A stretch of DNA of 63,797 bases, counting the filler, from Stramenopiles sp. TOSAG23-2 (taxonomy: Eukaryota), in the NCBI GenBank assembly GCA_900128395.1. It is 48 parts of 48 records of this genome, joined end to end, with 100 filler letters (N's around TTAATTAATTAA, not from the genome) between each part and the next. Parts side by side here need not be neighbours in the genome. Positions count along the whole stretch, not along the records: positions 59,937 to 61,157 come from LT653424.1; positions 61,258 to 62,477 come from LT653425.1; positions 62,578 to 63,797 come from LT653426.1; 45 more parts are not named here. The stretch is one strand, 5' to 3'. The position numbers were made by a program, and so were the translations under genes. Below the pieces are notes generated by a model. That model saw only the letters and a list, made by a program, of their open reading frames with translations, was not told the DNA's origin and did no database searches. Below are positions 59,937 to 63,797 of this stretch, piece by piece; the stretch's first letter is position 1; each line of letters begins with the position of its first letter.

Positions 59937-61157
59937 TGGTGGTAGTGGTGGTTGTTGGACAAGTCGGTGGTACACACGTCATATTAACACGAATTAAACC
60001 TTCAATGGAACTTTTAATTTCCAATATTGTTGTGCTACTAGGATTTACTTGGCATAATGAACATGAGGAAACAGCAAAATTTGTCGCATCTTCATATTCT
60101 TGCCCCGATACATCCAATTTCTGAAAACTTTTTGTACTTGTTCTTGCTTCTACAGTCCCTCCATTAAAAAATACTTTGACCTTTACTGATGTAACGGATG
60201 TACTAATACTAGCATTGTATTCCAATGATGGTTTGTGTATTAAATCATTTTCTACAATGGAAATAATGTTACCATTTTGATCGTACAATTGAATGTCCTT
60301 GATACTATATGCATGAAAAAGGAACACTTTTCCAGTAGCGTCCCCACTCGGATTAATTGCATCTGGGGCACTAACTGCTAATGTATGATCGTACAAGCTA
60401 ATTGCTTCGCCAAACTTTGAGTTTGAATCACCATAATCTGTATTTTCAAACACTTGATCATGCGTTGTTGGAAAATTCAGTTTGTTTTTAAAAGTTGAAA
60501 AAACCCATACACCATATTGCTTTGTACTAACAATTATATTGTAATCATCCAATTCGACATTTTTCCCGAAATTGTCGGAATTTTTATGTAGTTTTGATAC
60601 TTTAGTATCATCTACCTCATCATATGGAAATGGTAAGCCATCACTTGAATTTTTATTTTCATAAAAGCAATAGATACGTCGTTCCTTACTTCCTTTTGCC
60701 CCAATAATTGAAATGTGTCTATTCATCTCATAAGTTCTTCCATATGCTAATCCACTTGCTATTTCCATTTTCACTTTAGTTATACCTTTTGCAGGCATGT
60801 GTAAATTTTTTTGAACTGTGAATAAATCATTTGGTGGATTGCTTCCTGTTGGGAAATAATCAAAAATGCTATCTCGAACAAATATAAATGCGTAATTTTC
60901 TTCGGATCCAATAATCAATTTCTTGCCGTCGTTTGATATTCTTACGCTATCGCCAAAAGCTGATGCATCACTGTTGTATATTTGATCTTCGTTTGAAGTA
61001 AAGAAATTACTCGCATTTCGACGATAAAGATATACCGTTCTTGGCTTCAGGGTACAATATTGAGCCTTATCATCAGGACCATGATTTATATGGCAATGAC
61101 CAACCACAGCTGTATTTTCAAATATAGAAACAGAATAACCAAAACCAGAGTCTGCAC
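59937..61157 (-). CDS. FG-GAP repeat protein followed by a cadherin-like beta-sandwich and Thr-rich linker, internal fragment
   Basis: FGYSVS, FGDSVRIS...LIIGS, FGKNVEL, FGEAISLYDHTLAVSAP...GKVFLF; LEYNASI..SVTSVKV. Confidence 0.8.
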
Positions 61158-61433
61158 NNNNNNNNNNNNNNNNNNNNNNNNNNNNNNNNNNNNNNNNNNN
61201 NTTAATTAATTAANNNNNNNNNNNNNNNNNNNNNNNNNNNNNNNNNNNNNNNNNNNNGGGAGAGAGCGTCGTGTTTTTCCAGGTGGCCCATGTTGATCGC
61301 AAACTATTTGTAGCGTAGGTCCGATATTCTTCGGCCCCTGTTCTACCACATTTTTGATCTAAATTATGGTAGAATAGCAAGACCATCTTGTATACTTTCA
61401 CTCGCTTTTAATCCCTATCTAAATTATTAAGGC

Positions 61434-62123
61434 ATATCTAGCTCTGTAAATAAATGAATTATTTGGCCTCGATTGCATGATGCAAATAATATAGAATTAT
61501 TTACAATCGGCGATATTGATATGATATTATGATTATTTATATCCTCTGCTTTCCTATGTGATCCTATATCAAGCTCAGATCCTAAACTCTGTGTAACACT
61601 ACTATAGTTCTACTTATTTATAATCTCTCCTATCTCCAGTAGATCATCGATCTCTCATCCTTCTTTTATGCAATGTTTTATTTTGTTTGGTAAGAATTTC
61701 CTTTTATGGCCCAGCTACATTGTGCAACTGTGTATGCTGCCTCCTGACAAAGAAAAAATTTTTAACTCGCTACTTGATCGAACTATGCTTATAACAAATG
61801 CCTCTAAACCTACATTGATCTTATATGCTATCTGTCGACATACAAATATATATAATTATCTTATTATTGTTGTTTATTACATTAATACCGCGCATATTCG
61901 AATTTCAAATATTATCACTTATCACTTCTCCTTTTTCTACCTCATTGCGTTGAGTACAGCATACGTAGACTCAGGTGGCTTCCCTATTCATTGTTGTAAT
62001 CCTATAGTATTCGGTATTTGCTATTTGCTTTCATTCAGTGTACGGCAAATGCTATTGGCACTAAGATATCTAGCTCTGTAAATAAATGAATTATTTGGCC
62101 TCGATTGCATGATGCAAATAATG
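61434..62123. repeat. Direct repeat of ~57 bp (61434-61490 and 62067-62123)
   Basis: atatctagctctgtaaataaatgaattatttggcctcgattgcatgatgcaaataat occurs twice. Confidence 0.85.
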
Positions 62124-62440
62124 TATAAAATAAAATAGCATTGTTCTTGGATTAATAATATTGAAATAGCATTAGAGGCAAAATGAATATAAATATATTT
62201 CTCCACTTCAGCTTGTGCTGCTTGTATTTGCACCTTCTTCTTCTTCTTTGTATTTTTTGATCCGTTGATGATATACATAGAAATCTACTATTATTATTAG
62301 AATTATTTATATGATGTATACAGAGTGACTAACAAATTCAATTTGGAGAACCATATTCATATCAATACAGACGTATATATATATATATATAATATTACAT
62401 AAGTTATCTGATATCAATAGCTATATACAAAAGAAACAAT

Positions 62441-62477
62441 ATGGCAGATAATGATCGTCCGATACATTTTCGTAGAA
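62441..62477 (+). CDS. Possible 5' end of unknown gene (MADNDRPIHFRR)
   Basis: ATG after an A-rich leader, open to the contig end. Confidence 0.35.
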
Positions 62478-63797
62478 NNNNNNNNNNNNNNNNNNNNNNN
62501 NNNNNNNNNNNNNNNNNNNNNTTAATTAATTAANNNNNNNNNNNNNNNNNNNNNNNNNNNNNNNNNNNNNNNNNNNNTTATTTTTAATTTACTCATGATA
62601 ATTCCTACTCAGCTGACCGTGTCTGATTTTGCTGAGACTGTTAATTTCTTGTTTATTCTATTTATATATTAAATATCCGATATATTTACAATAAGAATGT
62701 TGATATGATATTATTACCTGTACTATTCTATTCACAAAGTATATAAATTATTACACCTATAATCCATTGTAATTTAGATTGAATCACTCTTTTGATCGAT
62801 AAAACACTATTTTTATAACTATTCACTATTGGATTTTATGATAGATTTCTACGTAACAAGACAAACAAAAACAAAACAAACAAGATACAGATTGAAACAA
62901 AGACAAACAATATATATTTTTTTCAAAGACAGATAGAAAATCTTGATCGTGTTTGTTGAGATAGTGTTCACTGAAAAATAAATAATAAAAAGAGTTAAGA
63001 AGAAATTAAGAATTGTGTTATAAGTTATAAATTAACAAAATCACAAAAATCATTAAATTAAAAATTGTGTTATATAAGTTAACAAAATCAATTATATTAT
63101 TTGTGATTTATATAGAACATATTCTGCAAGAGAAAATAACAAACTCGTGTTTGATAACAAATTCAATATAATTATTGTGANNNNNNNNNNNNNNNNNNNN
63201 NNNNNNNNNNNNNNNNNNNNNNNNNNNNNNNNNNNNNNNNNNNNNNNNNNAATTCAATATAATTATTGTGATTTGTGATCTATATATATAACAGTTGCAA
63301 CAAAACAAACGAAAAAACAACAACAACAAACTAAGCTACCAACGATGCTTAAAAAAATCATTACAACAATATATTTCATTTATGTCATTTTTATGACATC
63401 GTTTGGTGAAGTAGCTACTAATAAAATAGTATTATATTTTAATAATATAATCTCTTTGCCGCCTTTAATTTCAATAATAATAATAATTAATGATATGTTT
63501 CTTTTTATATATGTATATATATATATGTAGTTAGAATATTATATGACATGTGCATAAGATTATTACATTAATTCTAATAATAGACTACATAAATCGAATG
63601 CACGAATGTGTGAGTGTATAAGGATATATCATATGATATCGTGAGTTGATTCTAAATGAGCATCAGATTTTGGATGATTATTTTGGATCACATTCGAAAA
63701 AAAACATTTTTCGGCCATTTTTGGTAGTCTAAAACTCTCTAAAATGCTATATACTCTTTTACTTGAAGCATTTTCGACAAGCTGTTCGGGTTGCACA

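Noticed and set aside
1240..62577. Regularly spaced TTAATTAATTAA as a CRISPR-like array or biological repeat
   Set aside because: Always centred in a fixed N pad; it is a six-frame-stop concatenation linker. ORF tails such as XXXLIN are artefacts of it.

Overview
This window is not a continuous locus. It is 48 short contigs (~1239 down to ~1220 bp, sorted by length) joined by an artificial 100-bp spacer (N44-TTAATTAATTAA-N44, stops in all six frames), so adjacency across spacers is meaningless and most genes are partial. The DNA is AT-rich, gene-dense and eukaryotic, with a GT-AG intron, (TA)n/(CA)n tracts and Asn-rich linkers. Recognisable genes include NOB1, cystinosin, a CFAP36/BART protein, FAM184, FAM192A, TMEM185-like, LPAAT, and ankyrin, IPT/TIG, FG-GAP and Pmp-like repeat proteins. 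This fits a flagellated heterotrophic protist, possibly an uncultured marine stramenopile single-cell or co-assembly (inference). Two contig pairs are divergent haplotypes of the same loci, and inversion chimeras and homopolymer frameshifts suggest amplification artefacts. The most notable item is contig 54639-55863, which carries two tandem, intronless genes resembling major capsid proteins of Polinton-like viruses with multiple MCP paralogues. Other highlights: several MITE families, including insertions that differ between two haplotypes of a bidirectional promoter; an identical 22-mer downstream of genes in four unrelated contigs; a recurrent upstream palindrome TACCWGGTA; a C2-tyrosinase fusion; a KdgK-like kinase; a PHB depolymerase; and a copia remnant. 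All family calls come from motif recognition by eye, not database searches.
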